This document shows positions 1 to 18,053 of a stretch of 64,000 nt of DNA, one piece after another. The first letter of the stretch is position 1. Each line of letters begins with the position of its first letter. The notes under the pieces are model-generated. The model did not search any database. It had not been told where the DNA came from and saw nothing but the letters and a program-made list of their open reading frames with translations. Made by a program: the position numbers and the translations under genes. The stretch is taken from NCBI RefSeq assembly GCF_009914755.1, contig NC_060932.1; one strand, given 5' to 3'. Origin of the DNA: the human T2T-CHM13v2.0 reference genome, Homo sapiens.

Positions 1-57
1 TGGATGTGGGACATATAAGTTGCTCATGCTTTTTCTCTATGAGAGAGATAACACTAA

Positions 58-61
<4 letters not shown>

Positions 62-90
<29 letters not shown>
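62..90. repeat. (CA)n microsatellite
   Basis: Uninterrupted AC run. Confidence 0.95.
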
Positions 91-93
<3 letters not shown>

Positions 94-1933
94 AATACCT
101 CCCTTCACGTAGCCATTCTGTTTAGTTGCATTTTAATGATGGTTTTTAAATTGTCTTCTCCTGCACCATCCTCTTATCCCTTTGAGACTAATCACTTTCA
201 CATGTGAGACTTCAATGCAAATCTAAGTGATAAGCAAATGTTAGTATGTACAAGCACACAGATTTGCACCCATGTATGTACATAGCTAAATGGATCTGCT
301 TAGACCACAGTCCTCAAAGCCAGTGAGCTTATGTTTAAAGAAAATGCCAAACTCCAATTGGATGAGAAACATTGTGTCCATCAGGCTGTGCCATCTTTTG
401 CAGGCTCCTCTCTCCTCCCATCTGACTGAGACCTGTCCCAGCAGGTGGCTCTGTCAGTATGCTTCGGCTGCCAGTAAAATTGTGCTTTGCCTGATAATGG
501 TGAGGAAGCAAACTCCAGAGATGTTGACCAACCCAAGGAAAACTCTTTGCTCTTGCCATAATGATACATTCAGGCAGGAAGTTAAGAGAAAAATAGCTCT
601 TCCCCTGGTAAGGAAAGGAGTTTAATTACGATGAGGGTGGGGACTGGGGGACATTCACAAGTGGATATTAAGGAAAAAGAATGGGATGATGTCATTCTTT
701 ACTGAGGCAGTCACTGAAATGAAATCAGGTCACACAACAATGGTCTTGTTCTATGCTCAAAAGCGCAAGTTGGTATGAGACATTACTTTGCGGTGATGCT
801 CTCAGGAAGGGCCTAAGGGGCCGTGCTCACATGAAACTATTTCCCCAAACATCTTGAAGACAGGTCAAGAAGTGCAGAATCATTCCATCCAGTGCTGAAA
901 TGGCCCACACTGGACCATCATTTGTTTCAGATCACCATGCCACAGTTTAGGATAGAAAAAGTGTCTGGATTCTTACAACACCATGAATTCAAAGAGGCAG
1001 AATATAGTGGTTCAATCTGGTATCAGGCCAGATGTTTTAAATTGGTTCCTTTTTTGCAGGATAATTTTAAATGGCATACTGAAATTAACATGGAATATAT
1101 TCCTCAGTGGAAGGTTTCAGGAAGTCACTTCCCAAGAAGAAATACTGCCTTGTATCGTGGTAGAGAATTTGTAGGGCTGATTAATTCCACTTACAGAGGA
1201 AGCATTTGATCTATGTTGATCTTGAGTCCTTAGTTCCAATGGCAAATATTCAATTTTAGGTTCCTTTTCTCAATGGTGTCCTAATTTGACCGCATTTATC
1301 TGCTTAGATTTCACAAGAGTGCATCATAATTATAAATGAAGAGTAGACTTTCTAAGAAGCCATTCCTGGAATAATTAGGTGGTGGGGTCAAATCCTGTTA
1401 TTAAGATTCTGTCATTATTGCATTAAATAGGGCTTAAAACAAATAAGCCATTGGCTGAGGCCTTTTTTGAGGATATTTTTACTGCAGGAATATTTATAAT
1501 AGGAGAATTGAAGTACTATAGGCTTTTTACATTGGTATCTGCAGTTTAGAGAATTTGCAAAAAAAATATTTTTTAGTAAGCCACTGGTCTTCAGGTGTAC
1601 GAACATATTGAGATATGAGGTCCTTCTCTCTCTTGCAGATTACATGAAAATGTAAAAAAAAATGGATTACAGTGGAAATTCATATTTGTTTTATGATTTT
1701 GCTCTCAAATTATTCAAGAACCTTGTGTCATAATCTGGCATGTAGGGGAAGCTGAGATGTGTATGGGACAAATATATTTGAAGACTGCTTTGGATCGTGG
1801 CCATCAGAATGAAAAGAGGCACATTTTGAAGGAGTCCTTTTTTGGCAGACACTAAAGTAAACCTCAGGGATTCCTGCTACCCTTATTTTTAAAAAGAAGG
1901 TAATTCAGCTGTGGGGTTTTTGAGAGAAGATAA

Positions 1934-2263
<330 letters not shown>

Positions 2264-4124
2264 TAAAATATTTCCAAACAAATTGTCAGCACCATCAGAA
2301 GTTCTCAAGTTTCCAAGAAAGTGCTTAATATTCTTTTCTATTTGTTTATTAGTAGCCTTTAAAGAAATCTAAGTTCATTATCTGCAGTCAGTTGACACTA
2401 GCACTGAAAATACAGATGGAATTTTAAGCAAATTCATTATTTACAAAGCAAATAAGTGAGTCCTGGTATCTGACAATGGGATTCACCATAAAATTAATTT
2501 TAAAATTACTAGGTTTTAAATTTTTACCCGAAAATGATTTGATGCATTTTTGCATTAAAAACTGTATTTATTACATGAAGTATAAATACCCCAGGAGATT
2601 AAATCCATCCTGCCATATTCATGGGAGCCTGATCTAGCCCGAGGTATGATGCCCAGCAGGACACAGTGGCCATAGGAGAAAGGTTAGCAGCCATTCAGAG
2701 CAGTCGGTGCTGTGCTGGAGGCGTTATAGGTATTGTGAGTATCTCTCTTCATGGTAAGTAGCCATAATATAATGACTCATAGGATTCTTCTCTCCAAAGA
2801 ACACTGTGCTGAGAGTCAAGTTATCGGCTCTGGTTTTAGTCATCTAATTTACTCTATAATTTCCTACAAAATTAGAATGTACTTGTCCCATTTCCCTCAC
2901 TAGGATGTGGTAAAGACCAAGAACATAAAAGCACTTGTAGGGGGAGTAGACATATGAAGCCACTCAAACACAACCGATTGTTATTGTTGTAATATTTAAA
3001 GGATAAGGCATTACATGGTGATCATTAGTTCCCATCATAACTGTGCTATTTCCATCACCTTATTTCTCTCTCATTATCCTTTTAGTTTTATGTCTCTGCC
3101 TGCCAGTAAACTAATCCCAATGTGTATTTTTTAATGGTTGGCAAAAATTCAAAAATGTTCTTGAAAAGAAGGAAGGCCATAGAATTGCCAGGATTATAAC
3201 TATGTATTCAGTGCATTAAAAATAAAAAATAATATAACAAAACAAAATAGAATGAAAAATCTTTACTGGCTTAAGCCTTCAAAATAAAAGTGAAAAATAT
3301 AGCACATACTGTATTAGATACTTGTTGTTGGAATTCAGCTGAGGGTTGACTTCAAATCATCTTTAGGATTAGAAAAAATTTCTATAATTAACTCACCTGG
3401 GACATGTGCTGCTGCTTTTAATATTTGTTGATTGGCTCCTGTCGGGCACTAAAGTGACTGAAAAATTGTCATCATCTGGATTCCCCAAACAGCAGCCAGA
3501 GACAAAAAATGACATCCCTCTGCTCACTGTCCATACGTGTCATGAGGCTGCCCTTCTCACAGGGAAATATTCAATTTTCTTTTTGCCTTTTCTACCCCCA
3601 AGCATTGACTTACGGAGGAATTTTTTCAAATGTCATATACAGTATCAGCTTAGTAGTCTGTAAGTGCTGAAATGTCCCTCCTGGGTAAAAGGAGAGGAAT
3701 GTAGTTTACATTTCTCATTTGAAAGTCCATTTAGGTTAAACAGCTTTCTGGTTGTGAAAATATTAAGACAGAGTTTGTATGACATGACTTGTGCATACAT
3801 GTTTGAACGACTGTTCTAGTGATAGCCAACCTCTAAATGTGACAGACAATAATTCTGACTATAAAAACATTGATTTTTTTTCTCTGTAACTCATGTAGAC
3901 AGTAATACCATGTATGCACCTAGTTATAACTAGCTGAGCTATTGGCTTTTGTGGATGTCTGAAAATATATGCAGTGATATATGTCAGGGTAGTGCAAGAA
4001 AGAGCCCTTCCTACCTTAGGAAGCCTTTGGGAGGCGTTCAAGAGTTATCACCCACAAAAGTGAACTTGTCTTCTCCAAATGGGAAGCTCTTTCTTGTCCT
4101 AATTTAGAGAGACCCATGAGAGAA

Positions 4125-4365
4125 GTATGGTTTAATGGTTAGGAACACAGATTTGGGAGCCAGACTGCCAGGGTTTGAATTTCCACTCTGCCATTTGCTA
4201 ACTGTGACTTAATTTCTTTATGCTTCAGTATCCTTATTGGAAAAATAGGGGCCAGTAATGCCATCAACTTCATTATGCTGTTCTGAAGATTAGATGATTT
4301 CAAATGTATAAAGGGCCCATACAATGCTTAACAATTAGTAAAGTGCTTTATGCACAGTAACTATT
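4125..4365 (+). mobile_element. MIR SINE
   Basis: MIR core-like text (ggagccagactgcc...ttgaatttccactctgccattt...aaagtgcttt). Confidence 0.7.
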
Positions 4366-4414
4366 TTTATTTATAGAAATTCAAAAATCCAGTAATTCAC
4401 AAAGCAGAAAATAA

Positions 4415-4837
<423 letters not shown>

Positions 4838-5379
4838 TAGAAACCTGTCTCAGGACTCTGCACCCACCCTCTGGAAACCAGTACTAGACAGGAGCAGGAC
4901 CTATGCATGTGCCTCACACATAATAGTAATAACAATACCTTAATCTTACATGTTTAAAATGTACATTTGCACACTTGTGACACTTATTGAGAAAACCAAA
5001 TTAAGCAATGAATGGGAAACTACTTTGGGAATATATTATCAGCATCTGTACAGATGGAAAACCTTTTTTAAACCAGTTTTTAATTTTCTAATTTTTGTTT
5101 TCTCTTTGGATTTGTTTACCCTTTGGTTCAGATTTTTTTCTCCCATTCAATCATGATTTGACAAATACTAATAAATAACAACTAATAATCACGAAAATCC
5201 GATAAAAAGATCCTCCTGATGGAGACTTTTAAGATTCAGTGGGTCCAGATTCTGAGCCCTAACTGGCTGGATATTTTTACTCTGGTCTAGCATCTCCCCT
5301 AGTACAACATCACAGAGCTGCATGCTGAGCTTCACGAAAGAGTAAAATAGATCTGCCTCATCAAAACATCTGTTGAGAC

Positions 5380-5650
5380 TTAATTTTTTAGAGCCATTTT
5401 TGGTTCACAGTAAGATTGAGAAGAAAGTACGGAGATTTCCCATATACCCCTGTCCTCACACATGCACAGCCCCTCCATTCTCAACATCCACCACTAGGGT
5501 GGTGCATTTGTTACAATTGAGGAACCTACACTGACACATCATTGTCACCCAGAGTCCACAATTTACATTAGCTTTCACTCTTAGTGTTGTTTTTTCTATG
5601 GGTTTGGACAAATGTATAATAACATATATTATCAGAACATTTTTTACTGG
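5380..5650 (-). mobile_element. Old L1 3' fragment (L1MC/MD-like)
   Basis: ttttagagccatttttggttcacag...tttcccatataccc...ctatgggtttggacaaatgtataa, typical reverse L1M 3'UTR. Confidence 0.75.
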
Positions 5651-6309
5651 TTTGCAAGTTATATACATTCGATGACTTTTTTACAGCTACAACTATAATT
5701 AGCCACGCTATTTAAATGATCTAATTTTAAAGCTCCAGGTTAAACACTGTACAGAATAGCATCCGGCCCTTCTATTTTGCCATTATTAAGATTCCCTCAT
5801 TGAAAGATGAAAATAAAATTCCTAGAGAATGATGAAAAAAAGCATCACGAAGAGAAGTTTCCTAAGTATTATGGAGATGTTTCACACAGCATAGAGCACT
5901 AATTCTGCTTGTGTTTTATATTTTTGAAAACAACACTTTATATTTAAAATTCAAAATTCAAGTCACATATCAAATGTTGCCATAGGATCTCAAAGTAACA
6001 AACATAGTGTTCGGTTTCCCTACTTCTCTTTCTTTGTCATTAAGTATGTGACAGTGCCAAGGGCTGGCAAGTCCCTGCTCCACCAAAGGGAGAGTAGAAA
6101 AAGTGCCTCTTGAGGGAGTATTGTAGACCCCATCAGCCCACCAACATCTACCAAGTGAAAGTTAAAGGTGATCATCAGCATGGCCTGAAATGAACAACAG
6201 GGCCATGGCTTCTTATATGTACAGAATCCAGTTCAAATCTTTTCAAAGCCAGCCAAGGACCATCGGTATGAGGAAAGAAATATGGTATTGTAAAAAGACA
6301 ATGGAGAGA

Positions 6310-6430
6310 CTCCACCACTTACCAGCTTGTGAATCTGGGCAAGCCGCATGTTCTTTTGGGTCCCAGATTGCCTTTCTGTAAAATGTGGATAACAGCATTT
6401 ACCTCATAATATCGTTGTGAGGGACTCAAA
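6310..6430 (+). mobile_element. MIR fragment
   Basis: ccacttaccagcttgtgaatctgggcaag...ctgtaaaatg...acctcata MIR core. Confidence 0.6.
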
Positions 6431-7789
6431 GAGAAGCTGTGTGCAGAACGTCAAGCCTAGAGCTGGTTGGAGAGCGTATAACCGAGAAGCATTCATTTTT
6501 CTCCTCACCTTGTCTTAGCACGAGTGTTCTTTCCTCCTTCACCTCCCCCCTCTTAACTTGGCCCTAACATATCTCATCTTGGCTAGGTTCCCCAGGTTCC
6601 CTACACAACACCCCAGACTGCTCTTGCTTCCTCAGACATACCCTTCATGGGCAGAGCCTTGCAACTGACATAGGCCAGAATACCCTTGTGCCACACTTAT
6701 GAAAAGCTAAAATGTGATAACCTTTGTAAAATATTCCTTGATTTCCTTAACTTATTATTATTAACATCCAGAATTTATTTCTCCCTTTGACCTCTTATGG
6801 ACTTTATACCTTAATTATGATTCATATTTGGTACCCTACTGTCATTTATATATCTGTGTTTCACATTAGATTCTGTGTGTTTTTAGACTAGGATATTATC
6901 TGTCTATTTATTCTTAGATTTAGCACAGTACTTGCAGGTAGTTAAGTACACAATAAATGTTCATTGTTAATTTAAAAAACAAAGTTGCAACTTAAATTTT
7001 AAAACACTGAGCTTTGTGAACTGCCAAAAAGAGGCATCCATGCTTTGACTTGGGCCAGTCCCCTTGTGGTAAATTTTTAAGATCACCTACATAATTTTTC
7101 TTCTATTTGCTTATGTGTTTGAATATCTAAAAGACTCCTGTGGAAATAGAGCCAGAAATAAATATTGAGAAGAACCTCTGGGCTGGCATCTGTCTTAGAG
7201 AGTTTAGTGAGAAGTACAGCTACATAAAGAGCTGTTGTGAAAGGCAAGAACTCCATGGAATAATGAATGAATAATCCCCAAAGCTCTTTGCCATACACCA
7301 ATGTCTCTTAAAAGTAGCATGTTACAAAGTACTACTGTGGAAGACCATCAACCTTTGGTCATAGGAACACTACATAGACAACTTTAAGCCTAATGGTACA
7401 ATCATTCATGGCTAGGAAATAATAAGATATAGGCATCAGAAAAGCCACATTTGTGATCAGGTGCCTGAAATGAGGTAATTTAATTTGAACAAAGCCCTTG
7501 TGAATCCCAGGGGGTGAAAAGGGCACAGCCACCACCTGTTGTTTCATCAGCTCAACTGGACTGAAGGACAGCCTGCCCATGCCCTTGGTGTGGCCAGGGT
7601 TTCTAATTGGACTTCCATCATTTCAGCCACATTACAGAAAAGGAAAGAAAAGATTCCAACAGATGCTAATAGTTGAGAGACAAATAGTAACACACACTCT
7701 TAATAAGTTTTCTGTGAAAAGGCTCTAAAATGTATTTTTGTTGTTGTCTAAAAAGATAATGAAAAGGTAACAGTATAAGGGAAAGTTTC

Positions 7790-7895
7790 AGGAGGCCTGA
7801 GCTTTGTCCCAGCTGCATAACTGACTGGTTGTGTAACCTTGGTCAAGTCACTTAATCTTTCTGGGCCTCCATTTCTCATCTGTAACATGGAGGTG
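7790..7895 (+). mobile_element. MIR fragment
   Basis: gtgtaaccttggtcaagtcacttaatc...tttctcatctgtaa. Confidence 0.65.
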
Positions 7896-7973
7896 CTCAC
7901 TTTCAGCACTGAGATTGCTGACTGAACTCTAAGATTATGCTTTTACTGTATTCTACCCCAGATTGTATCACCT

Positions 7974-10376
7974 TGTGTTAGTCCATTCTCACATTGCTAT
8001 AAAGAACTACTTGAGACTGGGTAATTTATAAAGAAAAGAGGTTTAATTGACCGACAGTTCTGCAGACTGTACAGGAAGCATGGATGGGGAAGGGCTCAGG
8101 AAACTTACAATCATGGCAGAAGGTGAAGGGGCAGCTGTCCTACATGGCTGGAGCAGGAGAAAGGGAGAGAGAAGGGGGAAGTGCTACACACTTTTACACA
8201 ACCAGATCTCATGGGAACTCACTCATGGAACAGCAAGGGGGAAATTCACCCCCATGATTTAATCACCTCCCACCAGGTTCCACCTCCAACACTCAGGATC
8301 ACAGTTCAATATGAGATTTGGGTGGGGGTACAGAGTCAAGCCACATCATTCTTCCTCTGGCCACTCTCAAATCTCATGTCCTTGTCACATTTCAAAATAT
8401 AATCATTCCTTCCCAATAGCCCCCTAAAGTGGGGGAGTGGGAGGAGGCTGTTCCAGCATTAACCAAAAGTCCAAGTCCAAAGTCTCATCTGAGACAAGGC
8501 AAGTCCCTTCTGCCTATGATCCTGTAAAATCAAAAACAAGTTAGTTACTTCCAAGATACAGCCAGGGTACAGGTATTGGGTAAATGCTCATGTTCCAAAA
8601 GGGAGAAATCAGCCACAACAAAAGAGTTACAAGCCCCATGCAAGTCTGAAACCCAGGAGTGCAGTCATTAAATCTCAAAGCTCCAAAATAATCTCCTTTG
8701 ATTTTATATCTCATATCCAGGCCACACTGCTGCAAGCAGTGGGCTCCCAAGGCTTTGGGAAGTTCTGCCTCTGTGGTTCTGCAGGGTACAACCTCCTGGG
8801 CTGCTTTCACAGGCTAGCATTGAGTGCCTGTGGCTTTTGTAGGTGCAGAGTGCATGTGTTGGTGGATCTACCATTCTGGGGTCTGGAGGACAGTAGCCAT
8901 CTTCTCACAGCTCCACTAGGCAATGCCCCTGTGGGAACTTTGTGTGGGGACTCCAATCCCACATTTCCCCTCCATACTTCCGTAGTAGAGGCTCTCCACA
9001 GGGCTCCACTCCTGCAGCAGACTTCTGCCTGGACATCCAGGCATGTCCATTTATCCTCTGTAATCTTGGTGGAAGCTCCCATACCTCAACCCTTGTCTTC
9101 TGCACACCTGAAGGCCCAACACCATGTGGAAGCCACCAAGGCTTGGGGCTTGCATCCTCTGAAGCAATGGTCCAAGCTTTATCTTGGCCCCTGTTAGCCA
9201 TGGCTGGAGTTGGAGCAGCTAGGATGTGGGGTGCCATGTCCCAGGGCTGCATAGAACAGTGGGGCCCTGGGCCTGGCCCATGAAACCATTTTTTCCTCCT
9301 AGGTCTCCAGGCCTGTGATTGGAGGGGCTGCCACAAAGGTCTCTGAAATGCCCTGGAGGCATTTTCCCCATCGTCTTGGCTATTAACATTCAGCTCCTCC
9401 TTACTTATTCTGCAGCCTTGAATTCCTCCCCAGAAAATGGGTTTTTCTTTTCTACCACATGGTCAGACTGCAAATTTTCCAAACTTTTGTGCTGTGCTTC
9501 CCTTTTAAATATAAGTTCTAGTTTTGGGTTATTTCTTCGTTTATGCAAATGAATATATGCTTTTAGAAGCAGTCAGGCCATATCTTGAACACTTTGCTGC
9601 TTAGAAATTTCTTCTGCCAGATATCCTAAATCATCTCTCTCAAGTTCAAAGTTTCACAGATTTCTAGAGCAAGGGTGCAATGCCACCAGTCTCTTTGCTA
9701 AAGCATAGCAAGAGTGGCCTTTACTCAAGTTCTGAATGAGTTCCTCATCTCCATTCGAGACCACCTCAGCCTGGATTTAACTATCCATATCACTATCAGC
9801 ATTTTGGTCACAACCATTCAGCAAGTCTCCAGGAAGTTCCAAACTTTCACTAATTTTCCTGTCTTCTTCTGATCCCTCCAAAACTATCTTAACCTCTGCC
9901 CATTACCCAGTTCCAAAGTCACTTCCACATGTTCAGGTATCTTTAAAGCCATGCCCCACTTCTCTGATACCAATTTTCTTTATTAGTTCATTCTCACATT
10001 GCTATAAAGAACTACCCGAGACTGAGTAGTTTTTAAATAAAAGAGATTTAATTGGCTCACAACTCTGCAGGCTGTACAGGAAGCATGGTTGGGGGAGGCC
10101 TCAGGAGACTTACAATCATGGCAGAATGGCAGAAGGTGAAGGGGAAGCTGGCATTGTCCTACATTGCTGAAGCAGGAGGAAGGGAGAGTAAAGGGAGAAG
10201 TGCTACACACTTAAAAAAAAAAACAGACCTTGTGGGAACTTACTCACTATTATGAGAACAACAAGAGGGAAATCCACCCCCATGATCAAAGTACCGCCTA
10301 CCAGGCCCCAGCTCTAACATTCAGGATCACAATTCAACATAAGATTTGGGTGGGGTCAAAGAGTCAAACCATATCA
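7974..10376 (-). mobile_element. Two-LTR MaLR element (MSTA/MSTB-type): LTR 7974-8348, internal region, LTR ~9979-10376
   Basis: Two homologous ~380-400-bp LTRs ending in CA around ~1.6 kb of MST-internal sequence; 5-bp TSD cacct/tacct. Confidence 0.9.
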
Positions 10377-10818
10377 TACCTCTTGGATGAGAATTGCACC
10401 TTTCATTTAAGTTTTGTCAGGAAAATGATGCAATGAGAATAAAAAATGAAACCACAAATAATTTTTACTTTATGTTTTCTTATTCAAGCTGACCCTAGAT
10501 TTATTTCTCAACAACTGAGATAGAATCTTTGTTGATACAGATGTTTCTAAATAGAGGCAAATCCTTTGTTACAAACAGGCAATGTTAAAGATGATAATTT
10601 GTAAATAAACTACCAGAGGTTCTATATTATAATATTACCTAGTAATATTATCATTGATATTATATGTTTTACAGATACATTAAAAAACAAATACCTTAAC
10701 AAGCTTCCTAAAAACCTAAGCATAAAGTTTAAAGTTTTGGTGGGAAAAGACATTTCTTGTGATAGTCTACAATACGAAAAACATCTTCTCACCTGTGCTT
10801 ATCTCTCCTTTACCCTGC

Positions 10819-11206
10819 TGTCTTAGTCCATTTTCTGCTTCCATAATAGGATACCATAGATTAAGTAATTTATAAAGAAAAAGGGTTTACTTGACTCATG
10901 ATTCTGGAGGCTGGGAAGTCCAAGAGCATGGTGCCAGCATCTGGTGAAGGTCTTGTGCTGCATCATCCCATGGCAGAAGGGTGGAAGGGCAAGCAAGTGT
11001 GCAAGACATAGAAAGAATGGGGCAAAACTTCTTGCTTTAATAGGAGCCCACTCTCATGATAGCCAACACATTCCCACAATAATGGCAATTATCTGTTCAT
11101 GAGGGCAGAACTCTCATGACCTAATCACCTCTTAAAGGTCCCACTTTGTAATACCATCACAATGGCAACTAAATTTCAACGTGAGTTTTGAATTTAAGCC
11201 ATAGCA
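10819..11206 (-). mobile_element. Solo MaLR LTR (MSTC/MSTD-like)
   Basis: tgtcttagtcc...ccatagca termini with perfect TSD cctgc. Confidence 0.85.
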
Positions 11207-11779
11207 CCTGCTTTCTCAGCTTTTGTAAGAAGAATAAAGAGTCCTTCTTTCCTTTTAAGCTAATTCTGATGACATATTCCTGCTTGAAATTCTAATAAGA
11301 CATAAATTTAGGAACCAGGAAGTAAGGGTTTTAGGGGAGATTAAAAGACTTGAGGTAGGGAAACGATATAAGGTTTTATCATTTAAAAGGCAGGTAAATG
11401 GGTGGGGGCAAAATGAACATTAATAGCATTGATGGAAGAGGCCCAGTAAGAGTTGAGGTTATCAGGTCCTGGGGACTTCAAACAGTAACTATGGGGTGAG
11501 TTAATTTTAAGATATGAATAGAAAATAAGAGAAAAAGTATCCAGTAAAAAAGAAGTCAATAGACAGCAAAGAGGAAATAGAAAACAGTTTCTCTATATTT
11601 TCATTTTTGTTTTCCTTGTGCATTTCTGCATCTTCCCTTTTCATTACCACAGACCACAATCATGCTAACACTGATGAAAGAGGAAGGTGGGAAACTGATA
11701 AATCCTCCAAGTGATTGGCAGAAGGAAGAAAAATAATAAATGCACAAATAAATCAAAGAAAGTTATATATTTTACATTT

Positions 11780-12990
11780 ATCATAGGCATATGGTTTGTA
11801 TATTTTTGTTATAGAATTAATCACATTGCATTTATTAGGCTTTCAGTTAGTTGAACTTTTTGGATCTGTGAATTTATATTTTTTAACATATCTGCAAACT
11901 TTTAAGTCATTATTTCTTCAAATATTTTTCCATTACCACCGCCATCTTCTAGTACTCAAGTTACACTGTATGTCAGACTAGTTGATATTGAAATTGTTCC
12001 ACTGAGACAGAATTCACTTTTTTATTAGCCTTTCATTTCCAATATTGTACTTTTCAGCTCTAGAAATTGTATTTGGTTCTTCTGAATAGTTTCCATTTAT
12101 CTCTTCATTATGTTCACCTTTTCGTTAATATGCTCGAGCATATTTGTAATAGCCACTTCAATGTTCTCATCTGCCAATTCCATCATCTCTGAGTCTTTTT
12201 CTCTTGACTAATTTTTCTCCTGGTTAGGCATCACATTTTCTGGCATTTTCACATGTCTAGTAATACTTAATTGGCTGTTGGAAATTGCAAATATTACATT
12301 GTTGAATGCCTAGATTTTGTTTTCTTATTTTATAGAATATTGGGTTTTGTTCTGGCAGGCAGTTAATTCACATGAGGATTAGTTGGGCCAGACCTTTTAA
12401 AACTTGTTTTTAAGTTGTGCTAGGTCAGATCTAGAATGACCTACCTCTCAGACTCATTGAGTCCTACTCTTAAGGCTTGACCTTTCTAAGGTTTCTGCTT
12501 ATGTGTGTTCACATAAATGCCTCATGTGTGATCAATGAGTTCTTCCCACTATAGTTAGTCAGAACTTGAGGGCCGACTGGCTGTGTGAAGTGTAAGTTAT
12601 TCAAGGTACAGCCCCCAGTAATTGTTCTTTGGCCATCTTTGTAGTCTTACTCTACATATCTGTAGCTTAAATATTCAGCAAAGGACTTGAGGGGACCCCA
12701 TACAGATTTCTGGAACTCTTTCTCTTTATGTCTCTCTTCTCTCAAGCTCTGTCCCACAAATTTCACTTCACTTCCCCAAACACACTCTATCCTCATCTCT
12801 GCTTAGATTCTCCTCTCTGTGCTATAGTCTAGAAAGTGTCTCTAGTGGAGCATACATTACTTGTGTCCCTTCTCTTGGGGATCACAGCCTGTTCAATGTC
12901 TGAGAGTTGCTTCATATGTCATTTATCCAGTTTTCTGGCTGTTTATGGCAGGAGGACCAGTCTGGTACCAGTTATACTATCATAACTGGA
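11780..12990 (-). mobile_element. Ancient L1 fragment (L1MD/ME-like)
   Basis: T-rich degenerate L1M text (ttttcagctctagaaattgtatttggttc; gggttttgttctggcaggcagttaa). Confidence 0.65.
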
Positions 12991-13935
12991 AAAATAAGTC
13001 CCACCACATTCATATTCAAACTTTGTTTCTGTTTCTTTTCTCCCCGCAAGGCAGTGAGACCCTTCAAGGCAGTGACAGGGACTCATTCATCTCTGCATTC
13101 TCAGTATCTAACATATGAAGCATAGCATATATCAGGCATAATAAATATTATTGAATAAAAGAATAATTGACCATTGTTAAACCAATCCATAATACTTATG
13201 GTATCTATATTTAAGTAATTTACATGAATATCTAAGTGCTTCTGTAACATGTGGGGTTTTTTTAAGCAACTGAGAATAATCTATTAAATTACTGAATATA
13301 TGTAAGCTAGAGATCAATGCTAGAGTCAGGTTAGTTCTATGCTAACCTTACATAACATTCCTTGTAGCTGTAAGATGCCAGTGTCCAGAAGCAAATATCA
13401 TATGTGTTCAGGTATCTCTAGGACAATAATGACACGTTATTCTAGAATAAAAAGTAGCAGGGCTGTTTTCAGCATTCAGTCTATGAAGTTGACAAATAGA
13501 GTATCTACCTTCAGAGATTTCTGCCTCTATGCAAGCAAAAGGGTTAAAAACTTTCAGACTATAGTTTCATTTATGTTAGTCTTCTAAAGGACTACGGTGG
13601 CTTTTAATTTAAATAGCAAGATGCATTGAGTTGGTCTTTTAAAAGTCTATGCAGCTATCTTCTAATAATTAAAAAGTAGACTCACAAAATAAGAATTACA
13701 GTCAGACTGCTGTAAACTACAGAAATTGGGAAGGAAAGAAGTCTTGCATTTTCACATTAAAGGTTTCTTTCTGAAATCTTAATACAACATCTGTACAAGA
13801 GGTTTCGTATAAGAAATATCTGCATCTGGAAGGATGAAGTCTTAAAAATCTATGACGCTTAAAATCTGCGGATATGGGCACATCTATAATTAGAATACCT
13901 GCACTTCACTGTTTAAAGAGTCCCTAAAATTCCAG

Positions 13936-13937
<2 letters not shown>

Positions 13938-13982
<45 letters not shown>
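13938..13982. repeat. (CA)n microsatellite, ~22 units
   Basis: Uninterrupted AC run. Confidence 0.95.
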
Positions 13983-13983
<1 letters not shown>

Positions 13984-15024
13984 CACTGTGTCTATTTCAT
14001 AGGTCAACACAGGGTTCACACAATATTGTTATTATCAATCACACAGTCTTTTAATACATAATCTCATTTGATCCACAGGATTCTTAAAATTCCCTTTTGT
14101 TCCTTTTTGACTATATTTCTGTTTTTTTTTCCAATGAAAAGAAGACTTTTTTAGGTTAAGAACTCAGCTGTGAATGAGATGTCAACTCTGTTGGTTCATT
14201 CTTCTAGTTACCTTCAGCAAGTCACCTTTTCATCTTTGTTCTTTGATTACACAACCTACCAGGTAGAAATAATAATTTGATCTCCACATGAGAGTTAAGA
14301 ACTCCTGAAATTTTAAGATAGGATAACAAAAAACTGGTGCATATGAAGAGAAATTTTTCAAAGTAATGTTTGTACTTGTTTAAAACTAAGCAAAATGACA
14401 TTTAAAGAATAATGATTTAAGTTCATGGTCCCAAAACGATTTAAAACTAAAGGTTTTATTTCACTGTGTTTTTTTCCAACATTTCCCCCTTTGGTTTACA
14501 TTTGCCAGTTAAGAATTTAAAGTGAGGCTTTGCCAAAGCCTTAGGTTCCACCTGGTTTGGGGTTGAAACCACATGAAGCCACTGAATTTTGCATAGTTTC
14601 CATTTGAAATGATTTATCAGCTTGGGTTCTCTTTCAGTGAGAGCCAGGTTTACATGAAACTTGGCCAAGCATTAGATGAACCTGCTCTGAGTTTTGATTT
14701 TATATCAGACCCTAAAATGAGGCCACTCAACCTAATTCTGTCTTTCAAAAAGCTCTTCTTATAATGTCCCCAGAGTATACATAGTAGTTACTAGAGACTG
14801 AGGCACAGCAACACTTTCTTTCAGTATAAAATGGGGGAAAATTTCTCAGCTGCTTGGAACCTATTCTAATTTGAAAACCAGACAGATTTAATAGAGGTTC
14901 TAGTGTCAAGCATAACACTTTAGGGAAAAATTTCCTTAGAAGTCTCAACAAAAGGGTTTTCAAGTAAATAGCTCAGAAAGACCAGGTTAATTCATTTTTT
15001 CCTTTATTTTTTCCTTTATTTATG

Positions 15025-17900
<2,876 letters not shown>

Positions 17901-18053
17901 AGTAGGCTATGTAATATGATAAGATTAGAGATAAGAAAGCTAAGAGATTTGAGGTGGACAATAGAGAGGATGGAGGGAGGGAGAAAGGGACAGAGAAAGA
18001 AAAGCAGGCCGGCAGGCTTTAAGAAAGATTTTGGCATGACACTGATTCAACGG

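Noticed and set aside
290-1209. 111-aa and 105-aa ORFs near the window start
   Set aside because: No recognisable domain or clear splice framing; lengths expected by chance.
8541-9552. Dense overlapping ORFs up to 152 aa
   Set aside because: All lie within the GC-richer MST internal region; no recognisable protein domain.
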